Below are positions 1 to 14,271 of a stretch of DNA of 64,000 nt, piece after piece. Source of the stretch: the human T2T-CHM13v2.0 reference genome, Homo sapiens; the NCBI GenBank assembly GCA_009914755.4, contig CP086569.2, positions 51,232,001 through 51,296,000 on the forward strand, in the 5' to 3' direction. The notes below the pieces were generated by a model. That model worked only from the letters and a program-made list of their open reading frames with translations. It did no database searches and was not told where the DNA came from. How positions within the stretch are numbered: position 1 is the stretch's first letter; each line of letters opens with the position of its first letter. The translations under genes were made by a program, and so were the position numbers.

Positions 1-3000
1 AATGGAATGGAATGTATTAGAATGTAATGAACTTTAATGGAATGTACTCGAATGGATTCGACTGGAATGGAATGTTCTGGAAGTGAATGGACTCCAATGG
101 AATGGATTCCAAAGGAATGGAATCGTACGGAATGGAATCTAATGGAATGGAATTAAATGGAAATGAATCAAATTGAATAGCACGGAATTGAATTGAATGG
201 AATCGAATGCAATGGAATCTAATGAAACGGAAAGGAAAGGAATGGAATGGAATGGAATGGGCTGGAATGGAAAGGAATCGAAACGAATGGAATGGAATCG
301 AACTGAAGAGACTGGAATGGAATGCACTGGAATGGAAGGGAGTGTAATGGAAGGTTCTCGAAAAAAATGGAATCGAATGGAATGGAATTGAATGGAACGG
401 AATAGAGTCGAATGGAATTGAATGGAATGGAATGGACTAGAGTGATATGGAATCGAACCACAAGGAATGGAGAGGAATAGAATGGTCTCGAATTGAATGG
501 AATCGTATGGAGTGGCATCAAACGGAATGGAATGGACAGCCACGGAATGGAATGCACTCGAATGCAATGGAGTCGAAACTAATGGACTGGAATAGAATGG
601 ACTCGACTGGTACGGACTCCAATGGAATGGAATCGAATGGAAGGGAATCGAACGGAATGGACTCGAAGGGAAAAGACTGCAATGGAAAGGTCTCGAATGG
701 AATGGAAATTAATGGAATGGAATGGAATCGAATGAAATGGAGTCAAAAGGAATGGAATCGAATGGCAACAAATCGAATGTAATGGAATCGCAAGGAATTG
801 ACGTGAAAGGAACGGAATGGAATGGAATCCAAAGGAATGGAATAGAATGGAATGGAATCGAATGGAAAGGACTCGAATGGAAATCACTCGAATAGAATGC
901 AATTTAATAAAATAGGATCAAATGTAATGGAATGGAATGGAAAGGAATCGAAACGAAAGGAATGGAGACAGATGGAATGGAATGGAACAGAGAGCAATGG
1001 TGTAGAATGGAATGGAATCATCTGGAATGGAATTGAATGGAATGGAATAATATGAAATGGAATGGAATGGAATGGAATGGAATGCCCTTGAATTAAATGG
1101 ACTGGAATGGAATGGACTCGAACAGAGTGGAATGGAAAGTGTTGAGATAGAATGGAATGGACTCCTTTGGAATGGTGTAGTATGCAATGCAATCGACTGG
1201 CAGGGAATCAAAAGGAATGTAATGGAATGGACTGGACTGGAATGCAATGGACTCGAATAGATTGGAAACGGAATGCAAAGAAATGGAATGGAATAGTATG
1301 GAATGGAATGGAAAGGAATGGAGTGGAATAGACTAGAGTGGAATGGAATGGACTGGAAAGCAATGGACTGGAATGGAACTTTCTTGAATGGACTGGAATC
1401 AAACGGAATGGAATGCAATGCAATCAAATGGCATGGAATAAAATAGAATGAAAGAGAATCAAATGGAATTGAATCGAATGGAATCGAATGGATTGGAAAG
1501 GAATAGAATGGAATGGAATGGAATGGACTCAAATGGAATGGACTAGAATGGAATGGATTCGAATGGAAGGCAAAGGAATGGAATCTATTGGAATGGACTG
1601 TAATGGAATGGAATGGAAGGGATTGGAATGGACTCGAATGGAATGGACTGCAATAGAAAGGATTCGAATGGAATGAAAAAGAATTGAATGGAATAGAACA
1701 GAATGGAATCAAATCGAATGAAATGGAATGGAATAGAAAGGAATGGAATGAAATGGAATGGAAAGGATTCGAATGGAATGCAATCGAATGGAATGGAATC
1801 GAACGGAATGGAATAAAATGGAAGAAAACTGGCAAGAAATGGAATCGAAATGAATGGAGTGTTATGGAACGGACTCAAAAGGAATTGAATGTAATAGAAT
1901 GGAGTGGAGTGGACTCGAATATAATGGACTGGAATGGAATGAAATCACATGGAATGGGAACGAATGGAATGGAATGGAAAGGAATGGAATCGAATGGAAA
2001 GGAATCGAATGGAAGGGAATGAAATTGAATCAACAGGAATGGAAGGGAATAGAATAGACGGTAATGGAATGGACTCGAATAGAATGGACACGAATGCTCA
2101 AATTAAATGGACTCGAATGGAATGGAAACGAAAGGAATGTCATCGAATGGAATTGAATCGATTGGAATGAAATCGCATAGAATGGAGTGGAATCAAATGG
2201 AATTGAATCGAAAGGAAAGGAAGCGAATGGACTGAAATGAAATGGAATGGAATTGAATGGAAAGTAATGCAATGGAATAGAATGGAACGAAATTTCACGG
2301 AATGGAATCAAACTGAATGGAATCAAATCAATGGAATCAAATCAAATGGAATGGAAAGGAATTGAATGGAGTAGATTGGATTGGATGGGATTGGAATGAA
2401 ATGTACTGGAAAGGACTCGAATTTCATGAAACGGAATGGAATGAATTGGAACGGAATGGACTCGAATGGAATGGAATGTCATGGAATGGCATCAAATGGA
2501 ATGGCATCAAATGGAATGGAATCGAATGCAATGGAATGCTATGGAATGGAATGGAATGCATTGGAATGGAATGTCCTCTAATGGAATGGATTCGAGTGGA
2601 ATGGAATCGAATATAATGGAGTCGAATGAAATGGAATTGAAAGGAATGGGATCGAATAGAATGGAATATACTGGAATGTAATGTAATGAACTCGAATGTA
2701 ATTGACTGGAATGGAATGTACATGAATGGAATGTAATCGAATGGAAAGTAATCCAATGGAATAGAATCTAATGCAATAAAACCGACTCAGATAGAGTAGA
2801 ATGTAATGGAATGGAGTGCAGTGCAATGGAAGGGAATGGAATTGAATGCAATGGAATGGAATGGAATGGAATGGAATGGAATGGAATGGAATGGGATGGA
2901 ATGGTATGGAATGGATAGTAATGGACTGGAGTGAAATGGACTGGAAAGGAATGGACTCAAATTGAAAGGGCTCGAAAGGAATGGAGTCAAATGGAATGGT

Positions 3001-3564
3001 CTGGAATGGAATGAACACGAATGTAATGCAATCCAATAGAATGGAATCGAATGGCATGGAATATAAAGAAATGGAATCGAAGAGAATGGAAACAAATGGA
3101 ATGGAATTGAATGGAATGGAATTGAATGGAATGGGAACGAATGGAGTGAAATTGTATGCAGTAGAAGGGAATAGAATGGAATGCAAGCGAAAGGAAAGGA
3201 ATGGATTGGAATGGAATGGAATTCATTGGAATGGAAGGGAATGTAGTGTAATGGACAGGCCTGGAATAAAGTGGAATGCTACGGTCTCGAATGGAATAAA
3301 AATGTATGGAATGGAATGCAATGAAACGGAATCGAATGTCATAGAATGTAATGGAATGCAAAAAAATGGAATCCAAAATCATTGACTGGAAAGGCTGGGT
3401 GTCGAAAGGAATTGACTCCAATGGAATGGAATCGAATGGAATGGAAGTGAATAGAATCGAACTAAATCGAATGGAATGGAATTGATAGGAACGGAATGGA
3501 AAGGAATGCAATGATTTGGCATGGAATGGAATCGAATGGCATCGAATGGATTGGAATGGAATGC
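1..3564 (+). repeat. DYZ1-like higher-order repeat unit 1 (3564 bp; the window start defines the phase)
   Basis: The landmark aatggaatggaatgtattagaatg at position 1 recurs at 3565. Confidence 0.8.
2850..2894 (+). repeat. Pure (AATGG)9 microsatellite tract inside unit 1; its copy number varies between units (about 8-13)
   Basis: A perfect pentamer run between gaatgc and ggatgg. The equivalent tract holds 10 copies at 9978-10027 and 13 copies at 13547-13611. Confidence 0.8.
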
Positions 3565-6500
3565 AATGGAATGGAATGTATTAGAATGTAATGAACTTTA
3601 ATGGAATGTACTCGAATGGATTCGACTGGAATGGAATGTTCTGGAAGTGAATGGACTCCAATGGAATGGATTCAAAAGGAATGGAATCGTACGGAATGGA
3701 ATCTAATGGAATGGAATTAAATGGAAATGAATCAAATTGAATAGCACGGAATTGAATTGAATGGAATGGAATGCAATGGAATCTAATGAAACGGAAAGGA
3801 AAGGAATGGAATGGAATGGAATGGACTGGAATGGAAAGGAATCGAAACGAATGGAATGGAATCGAACTGAAGAGACTGGAATGGAATGCACTGGAATGGA
3901 AGGGAGTGTAATGGAAGGTTCTCGAAAAAAATGGAATCGAATGGAATGGAATTGAATGGAACGGAATAGAGTCGAATGGAATTGAATGGAATGGAATGGA
4001 CTAGAGTGAAATGGAATCGAACCACAAGGAATGGACATGAATAGAATGGTCTCGAATTGAATGGAATCGTATGGAATGGCATCAGACGGAATGGAATGGA
4101 CAGCCACGGAATGGAATGCACTCGAATGCAATGGAGTCGAAACTAATGGACTGGAATAGAATGGACTCGACTGGTACGGACTCCAATGGAATGGAATCGA
4201 ATGGAAGGGAATCGAACGGAATGGACTCGAAGGGAAAAGACTGCAATGGAAAGGTCTCGAATGGAATGGAAATTAATGGAATGGAATGGAATCGAATGAA
4301 ATGTAGTCAAAAGGAATGGAATCGTATAGCAAGAAATCGAATGTAATGGAATCACAAGGAATTGATGTGAACGGAACGGAATGGAATGGAATCCAAAGGA
4401 ATGGAATAGAATGGAATGGAATCGAATGGAAAGGACTCGAATGGAAATCACTCGAATAGAATGCAATTTAATAAAATAGGATCAAATGTAATGGAATGGA
4501 ATGGAAAGGAATCGAAACGAAAGGAATGGAGACAGATGGAATGGAATAGAACAGAGAGCAATGGTATGGAATGGAATGGAATCATCTGGAATGGAATTGA
4601 ATGGAATGGAATAATATGAAATGGAATGGAATGGAATGGAATGGAATGCCCTTGAATTAAATGGACTGGAATGGAATGGACTCGAACAGAGTGGAATGGA
4701 AAGTGTTGAGATAGAATGGAATGGACTCCTTTGGAATGGTGTAGTATGCAATGCAATCGACTGGCAGGGAATCAAAAGGAATGTAATGGAATGGACTGGA
4801 CTGGAATGCAATGGACTCGAATAGATTGGAAACGGAATGCAAAGAAATGGAATGGAATAGTATGGAATGGAATGGAAAGGAATGGAGTGGAATAGACTAG
4901 AGTGGAATGGAATGGACTGGAAAGCAATGGACTGGAATGGAACTTTCTTGAATGGACTGGAATCAAACGGAATGGAATGCAGTGCAATCAAATGGCATGG
5001 AATAAAATAGAATGAAAGAGAATCAAATGGAATTGAATCGAATGGAATCGAATGGATTGGAAAGGAATAGAATGGAATGGAATGGAATGGACTCAAATGG
5101 AATGGACTAGAATGGAATGGATTCGAATGGAAGGCAAAGGAATGGAATCTATTGGAATGGACTGTAATGGAATGGAATGGAAGGGATTGGAATGGACTCG
5201 AATGGAATGGACTGCAATAGAAAGGATTCGAATGGAATGAAAAAGAATTGAATGGAATAGAACAGAATGGAATCAAATCGAATGAAATGGAATGGAATAG
5301 AAAGGAATGGAATGAAATGGAATGGAAAGGATTCGAATGGAATGCAATCGAATGGAATGGAATCGAACGGAATGGAATAAAATGGAAGAAAACTGGCAAG
5401 AAATGGAATCGAAATGAATGGAGTGTTATGGAACGGACTCAAAAGGAATTGAATGTAATAGAATGGAGTGGAGTGGACTCGAATATAATGGACTGGAATG
5501 GAATGAAATCACATGGAATGGGAACGAATGGAATGGAATGGAAAGGAATGGAATCGAATGGAAAGGAATCGAATGGAAGGGAATGAAATTGAATCAACAG
5601 GAATGGAAGGGAATAGAATAGACGGTAATGGAATGGACTCGAATAGAATGGACACGAATGCTCAAATTGAATGGACTCGAATGGAATGGAAACGAAAGGA
5701 ATGTCATCGAATGGAATTGAATCGATTGGAATGAAATCGCATAGAATGGAGTGGAATCAAATGGAATTGAATCGAAAGGAAAGGAAGCGAATGGACTGAA
5801 ATGAAATGGAATGGAATTGAATGGAAAGTAATGCAATGGAATAGAATGGAACTAAATTTCACGGAATGGAATCAAACTGAATGGAATCAAATCAATGGAA
5901 TCAAATCAAATGGAATGGAAAGGAATTGAATGGAGTAGATTGGACTGGATGGGATTGGAATGAAATGTACTGGAAAGGACTCGAATTTCATGAAACGGAA
6001 TGGAATGAATTGGAACGGAATGGACTCGAATGGAATGGAATGTCATGGAATGGCATCAAATGGAATGGCATCAAATGGAATAGAATCGAATGCAATGGAA
6101 TGCTATGGAATGGAATGGAATGCATTGGAATGGAATGTCCTCTAATGGAATGGATTCGAGTGGAATGGAATCGAATATAATGGAGTCGAATGAAATGGAA
6201 TTGAAAGGAATGGGATCGAATACAATGGAATATACTGGAATGTAACGTAATGAACTCGAATGTAATTGACTGGAATGGAATGTACATGAATGGAATGTAA
6301 TCGAATGGAAAGTAATCCAATGGAATAGAATCTAATGCAATAAAATCGACTCAGATAGAGTAGAATGTAATGGAATGGAGTGCAGTGCAATGGAATGGAA
6401 TGGAATGGAATGCAATTGAATGGAATGGAATGGAATGGAATGGAATGGAATGGAATGGGATGGAATGGTATGGAATGGATAGTAATGGACTGGAGTGAAA

Positions 6501-7128
6501 TGGACTGGAAAGGAATGGACTCAAATTGAAAGGGCTCGAAAGGAATGGAGTCAAATGGAATGGTCTGGAATGGAATGAACACGAATGTAATGCAATCCAA
6601 AAGAATGGAATCGAATGGCATGGAATATAAAGAAATGGAACCGGAGAGAATGGAAACAAATGGAATGGAATTGAATGGAATGGAATTGAATGGAATGGGA
6701 ACGAATGGAGTGAAATTGTATGCAGTAGAAGGGAATAGAATGGAATGCAAGCGAAAGGAAAGGAATGGATTGGAATGGAATGGAATTCATTGGAATGGAA
6801 GGGAATGTAGTGTAATGGACAGGCCTGGAATAAAGTGGAATGCTACGGTCTCGAATGGAATAAATATGTATGGAATGGAATGCAATGAAATGGAATCGAA
6901 TGTCATAGAATGTAATGGAATGCAACAAAATGGAATCCAAAATCATTGACTGGAAAGGCTGGGTGTCGAAAGGAATTGACTCCAATGGAATGGAATCGAA
7001 TGGAATGGAAGTGAATAGAATCGAACTAAATCGAATGGAATGGAATTGATAGGAACGGAATGGAAAGGAATGCAATGATTTGGCATGGAATGGAATCGAA
7101 TGGCATCGAATGGAATGGAATGGAATGC
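3565..7128 (+). repeat. Higher-order repeat unit 2 (3564 bp)
   Basis: Landmark recurrence. Carries the 'B' variant set shared with unit 4, for example the HSIPFRSHQFLV form of the minus-strand pseudo-ORF at 4143-4466. Confidence 0.8.
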
Positions 7129-10100
7129 AATGGAATGGAATGTATTAGAATGTAATGAACTTTAATGGAATGTACTCGAATGGATTCGACTGGAATGGAA
7201 TGTTCTGGAAGTGAATGGACTCCAATGGAATAGATTCCAAAGGAATGGAATCGTACGGAATGGAATCTAATGGAATGGAATTAAATGGAAATGAATCAAA
7301 TTGAATAGCACGGAATTGAATTGAATGGAATGGAATGCAATGGAATCTAATGAAACGGAAAGGAAAGGAATGGAATGGAATGGAATGGGCTGGAATGGAA
7401 AGGAATCGAAACGAATGGAATGGAATCGAACTGAAGAGACTGGAATGGAATGCACTGGAATGGAAGGGAGTGTAATGGAAGGTTCTCGAAAAAAATGGAA
7501 TCGAATGGAATGGAATTGAATGGAACGGAATAGAGTCGAATGGAATTGAATGGAATGGAATGGACTAGAGTGATATGGAATCGAACCACAAGGAATGGAG
7601 AGGAATAGAATGGTCTCGAATTGAATGGAATCGTATGGAGTGGCATCAAACGGAATGGAATGGACAGCCACGGAATAGAATGCACTCGAATGCAATGGAG
7701 TCGAAACTAATGGACTGGAATAGAATGGACTCGACTGGTACGGACTCCAATGGAATGGAATCGAATGGAAGGGAATCGAACGGAATGGACTCGAAGGGAA
7801 AAGACTGCAATGGAAAGGTCTCGAATGGAATGGAAATTAATGGAATGGAATGGAATCGAATGAAATGGAGTCAAAAGGAATGGAATCGAATGGCAACAAA
7901 TCGAATGTAATGGAATCGCAAGGAATTGACGTGAAAGGAACGGAATGGAATGGAATCCAAAGGAATGGAATAGAATGGAATGGAATCGAATGGAAAGGAC
8001 TCGAATGGAAATCACTCGAATAGAATGCAATTTAATAAAATAGGATCAAATGTAATGGAATGGAATGGAAAGGAATCGAAACGAAAGGAATGGAGACAGA
8101 TGGAATGGAATGGAACAGAGAGCAATGGTGTAGAATGGAATGGAATCATCTGGAATGGAATTGAATGGAATGGAATAATATGAAATGGAATGGAATGGAA
8201 TGGAATGGAATGCCCTTGAATTAAATGGACTGGAATGGAATGGACTCGAACAGAGTGGAATGGAAAGTGTTGAGATAGAATGGAATGGACTCCTTTGGAA
8301 TGGTGTAGTATGCAATGCAATCGACTGGCAGGGAATCAAAAGGAATGTAATGGAATGGACTGGACTGGAATGCAATGGACTCGAATAGATTGGAAACGGA
8401 ATGCAAAGAAATGGAATGGAATAGTATGGAATGGAATGGAAAGGAATGGAGTGGAATAGACTAGAGTGGAATGGAATGGACTGGAAAGCAATGGACTGGA
8501 ATGGAACTTTCTTGAATGGACTGGAATCAAACGGAATGGAATGCAATGCAATCAAATGGCATGGAATAAAATAGAATGAAAGAGAATCAAATGGAATTGA
8601 ATCGAATGGAATCGAATGGATTGGAAAGGAATAGAATGGAATGGAATGGAATGGACTCAAATGGAATGGACTAGAATGGAATGGATTCGAATGGAAGGCA
8701 AAGGAATGGAATCTATTGGAATGGACTGTAATGGAATGGAATGGAAGGGATTGGAATGGACTCGAATGGAATGGACTGCAATAGAAAGGATTCGAATGGA
8801 ATGAAAAAGAATTGAATGGAATAGAACAGAATGGAATCAAATCGAATGAAATGGAATGGAATAGAAAGGAATGGAATGAAATGGAATGGAAAGGATTCGA
8901 ATGGAATGCAATCGAATGGAATGGAATCGAACGGAATGGAATAAAATGGAAGAAAACTGGCAAGAAATGGAATCGAAATGAATGGAGTGTTATGGAACGG
9001 ACTCAAAAGGAATTGAATGTAATAGAATGGAGTGGAGTGGACTCGAATATAATGGACTGGAATGGAATGAAATCACATGGAATGGGAACGAATGGAATGG
9101 AATGGAAAGGAATGGAATCGAATGGAAAGGAATCGAATGGAAGGGAATGAAATTGAATCAACAGGAATGGAAGGGAATAGAATAGACGGTAATGGAATGG
9201 ACTCGAATAGAATGGACACGAATGCTCAAATTAAATGGACTCGAATGGAATGGAAACGAAAGGAATGTCATCGAATGGAATTGAATCGATTGGAATGAAA
9301 TCGCATAGAATGGAGTGGAATCAAATGGAATTGAATCGAAAGGAAAGGAAGCGAATGGACTGAAATGAAATGGAATGGAATTGAATGGAAAGTAATGCAA
9401 TGGAATAGAATGGAACGAAATTTCACGGAATGGAATCAAACTGAATGGAATCAAATCAATGGAATCAAATCAAATGGAATGGAAAGGAATTGAATGGAGT
9501 AGATTGGATTGGATGGGATTGGAATGAAATGTACTGGAAAGGACTCGAATTTCATGAAACGGAATGGAATGAATTGGAACGGAATGGACTCGAATGGAAT
9601 GGAATGTCATGGAATGGCATCAAATGGAATGGCATCAAATGGAATGGAATCGAATGCAATGGAATGCTATGGAATGGAATGGAATGCATTGGAATGGAAT
9701 GTCCTCTAATGGAATGGATTCGAGTGGAATGGAATCGAATATAATGGAGTCGAATGAAATGGAATTGAAAGGAATGGGATCGAATAGAATGGAATATACT
9801 GGAATGTAATGTAATGAACTCTAATGTAATTGACTGGAATGGAATGTACATGAATGGAATGTAATCGAATGGAAAGTAATCCAATGGAATAGAATCTAAT
9901 GCAATAAAACCGACTCAGATAGAGTAGAATGTAATGGAATGGAGTGCAGTACAATGGAAGGGAATGGAATTGAATGCAATGGAATGGAATGGAATGGAAT
10001 GGAATGGAATGGAATGGAATGGAATGGGATGGAATGGTATGGAATGGATAGTAATGGACTGGAGTGAAATGGACTGGAAAGGAATGGACTCAAATTGAAA

Positions 10101-10697
10101 GGGCTCGAAAGGAATGGAGTCAAATGGAATGGTCTGGAATGGAATGAACACGAATGTAATGCAATCCAATAGAATGGAATCGAATGGCATGGAATATAAA
10201 GAAATGGAATCGAAGAGAATGGAAACAAATGGAATGGAATTGAATGGAATGGAATTGAATGGAATGGGAACGAATGGAGTGAAATTGTATGCAGTAGAAG
10301 GGAATAGAATGGAATGCAAGCGAAAGGAAAGTAATGGATTGGAATGGAATGGAATTCATTGGAATGGAAGGGAATGTAGTGTAATGGACAGGCCTGGAAT
10401 AAAGTGGAATGCTACGGTCTCGAATGGAATAAAAATGTATGGAATGGAATGCAATGAAACGGAATCGAATGTCATAGAATGTAATGGAATGCAAAAAAAT
10501 GGAATCCAAAATCATTGACTGGAAAGGCTGGGTGTCGAAAGGAATTGACTCCAATGGAATGGAATCGAATGGAATGGAAGTGAATAGAATCGAACTAAAT
10601 CGAATGGAATGGAATTGATAGGAACGGAATGGAAAGGAATGCAATGATTTGGCATGGAATGGAATCGAATGGCATCGAATGGAATGGAATGGAATGC
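7129..10697 (+). repeat. Higher-order repeat unit 3 (3569 bp)
   Basis: Landmark recurrence. Shares its variants with unit 1. Confidence 0.8.
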
Positions 10698-13600
10698 AAT
10701 GGAATGGAATGTATTAGAATGTAATGAACTTTAATGGAATGTACTCGAATGGATTCGACTGGAATGGAATGTTCTGGAAGTGAATGGACTCCAATGGAAT
10801 GGATTCAAAAGGAATGGAATCGTACGGAATGGAATCTAATGGAATGGAATTAAATGGAAATGAATCAAATTGAATAGCACGGAATTGAATTGAATGGAAT
10901 GGAATGCAATGGAATCTAATGAAACGGAAAGGAAAGGAATGGAATGGAATGGAATGGACTGGAATGGAAAGGAATCGAAACGAATGGAATGGAATCGAAC
11001 TGAAGAGACTGGAATGGAATGCACTGGAATGGAAGGGAGTGTAATGGAAGGTTCTCGAAAAAAATGGAATCGAATGGAATGGAATTGAATGGAACGGAAT
11101 AGAGTCGAATGGAATTGAATGGAATGGAATGGACTAGAGTGAAATGGAATCGAACCACAAGGAATGGACATGAATAGAATGGTCTCGAATTCAATGGAAT
11201 CGTATGGAATGGCATCAAACGGAATGGAATGGACAGCCACGGAATGGAATGCACTCGAATGCAATGGAGTCGAAACTAATGGACTGGAATAGAATGGACT
11301 CGACTGGTACGGACTCCAATGGAATGGAATCGAATGGAAGGGAATCGAACGGAATGGACTCGAAGGGAAAAGACTGCAATGGAAAGGTCTCGAATGGAAT
11401 GGAAATTAATGGAATGGAATGGAATCGAATGAAATGTAGTCAAAAGGAATGGAATCGTATGGCAAGAAATCGAATGTAATGGAATCACAAGGAATTGATG
11501 TGAACGGAACGGAATGGAATGGAATCCAAAGGAATGGAATAGAATGGAATGGAATCGAATGGAAAGGACTCGAATGGAAATCACTCGAATAGAATGCAAT
11601 TTAATAAAATAGGATCAAATGTAATGGAATGGAATGAAAAGGAATCGAAACGAAAGGAATGGAGACAGATGGAATGGAATGGAACAGAGAGCAATGGTAT
11701 GGAATGGAATGGAATCATCTGGAATGGAATTGAATGGAATGGAATAATATGAAATGGAATGGAATGGAATGGAATGGAATGCCCTTGAATTAAATGGACT
11801 GGAATGGAATGGACTCGAACAGAGTGGAATGGAAAGTGTTGAGATAGAATGGAATGGACTCCTTTGGAATGGTGTAGTATGCAATGCAATCGACTGGCAG
11901 GGAATCAAAAGGAATGTAATCGAATGGATTGGACTGGAATGCAATGGACTCGAATAGATTGGAAACGGAATGCAAAGGAATGGAATGGAATAGTATGGAA
12001 TGGAATGGAAAGGAATGGAGTGGAATAGACTAGAGTGGAATGGAATGGACTGGAAAGCAATGGACTGGAATGGAACTTTCTTGAATGGACTGGAATCAAA
12101 CGGAATGGAATGCAATGCAATCAAATGGCATGGAATAAAATAGAATGAAAGAGAATCAAATGGAATTGAATCGAATGGAATCGAATGGATTGGAAAGGAA
12201 TAGAATGGAATGGAATGGAATTGACTCAAATGGAATGGACTAGAATGGAATGGATTCGAATGGAAGGCAAAGGAATGGAATCTATTGGAATGGACTGTAA
12301 TGGAATGGAATGGAAGGGATTGGAATGGGCTCGAATGGAATGGACTGCAATAGAAAGGATTCGAATGGAATGAAAAAGAATTGAATGGAATAGAACAGAA
12401 TGGAATCAAATCGAATGAAATGGAATGGAATAGAAAGGAATGGAATGAAATGGAATGGAAAGGATTCGAATGGAATGCAATCGAATGGAATGGAATCGAA
12501 CGGAATGGAATAAAATGGAAGAAAACTGGCAAGAAATGGAATCGAAATGAATGGAGTGTTATGGAAGGGAGTCAAAAGGAATTGAATGTAATAGAATGGA
12601 GTGGAGTGGACTCGAATATAATGGACTGGAATGGAATGAAATCACATGGAATGGGAACGAATGGAATGGAATGGAAAGGAATGGAATCGAATGGAAAGGA
12701 ATCGAATGGAAGGGAATGAAATTGAATCAACAGGAATGGAAGGGAATAGAATAGACGGTAATGGAATGGACTCGAATAGAATGGACAGGAATGCTCAAAT
12801 TGAATGGACTCGAATGGAATGGAAACGAAATGAATGTCATCGAATGGAATTGAATCGATTGGAATGAAATCATATAGAATGGAGTGGAATCAAATGGAAT
12901 TGAATCGAAAGGAAAGGAAACAAATGGACTGAAATGAAATGGAATGGAATTGAATGGAAAGTTATGTAATGGAATAGAATGGAACGAAATTTCACGGAAT
13001 GGAATCAAACTGAATGGAATCAAATCAATGGAATCAAATCAAATGGAATGGAAAGGAATTGAATGGAGTAGATTGGATTGGATGGGATTGGAATGAAATG
13101 TACTGGAAAGGAATCGAATTTCTTGAAACGGAATGGAATGAATTGGAACGGAACGGACTCGAATGGAATGGAATGTCATGGAATGGCATCAAATGGAATG
13201 GCATCAAATGGAATGGAATCGAATGCAATGGAATGCTATGGAATGGAATGGAATGCATTGGAATGGAATGTCCTCTAATGGAATGGATTCGAGTGGAATG
13301 GAATCGAATATAATGGAGTCGAATGAAATGGAATTGAAAGGAATGGGATCGAATAGAATGGAATATACTGGAATGTAATGTAATGAACTCGAATGTAATT
13401 GACTGGAATGGAATGTACATGAATGGAAGGTAATCGAATGGAAAGTAATCCAATGGAATAGAATCTAATGCAATAAAACCGACTCAGATAGAGTAGAATG
13501 TAATGGAATGGAGTGCAGTGCAATGGAATGGAATGGAATTGAATGCAATGGAATGGAATGGAATGGAATGGAATGGAATGGAATGGAATGGAATGGAATG

Positions 13601-14271
13601 GGATGGAATGGTATGGAATGGATAGAAATGGACTGGAGTGAAATGGACTGGAAAGGAATGGACTCAAATTGAAAGGGCTCGAAAGGAATGGAGTCAAATG
13701 GAATGGTCTGGAATGGAATGAACACGAATGTAATGCAATCCAATAGAATGGAATCGAATGGCATGGAATATAAAGAAATGGATACGAAGAGAATGGAAAC
13801 AAATGGAATGGAATTGAATGGAATGGAATTGAATGGAATGGGAAAGAATGGAGTGAAATTGTATGCAGTAGAAGGGAATAGAATGGAATGCAAGCGAAAG
13901 GAAAGGAATGGATTGGAATGGAATGGAATTCATTGGAATGGAAGGGAATTTAGTGTAATGGACAGGCCTGGAATAAAGTGGAATGCTACGGTCTCGAATG
14001 GAATAAAAATGTATGGAATGGAATGCAATGAAACGGAATCGAATGTCATAGAATGTAATGGAATGCAAAAAAATGGAATCCAAAATCATTGACTGGAAAG
14101 GCTGGGTGTCGAAAGGAATTGACTCCAATGGAATGGAATCGAATGGAATGGAAGTGAATAGAATCGAACTAAATCGAATGGAATGGAATTGATAGGAACG
14201 GAATGGAAAGGAATGCAATGATTTGGCATGGAATGGAATCGAATGGCATCGAATGGAATGGAATGGAATGC
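10698..14271 (+). repeat. Higher-order repeat unit 4 (3574 bp)
   Basis: Landmark recurrence. The pure (AATGG) tract is 13 copies at 13547-13611, against 9 copies in unit 1. Confidence 0.8.
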
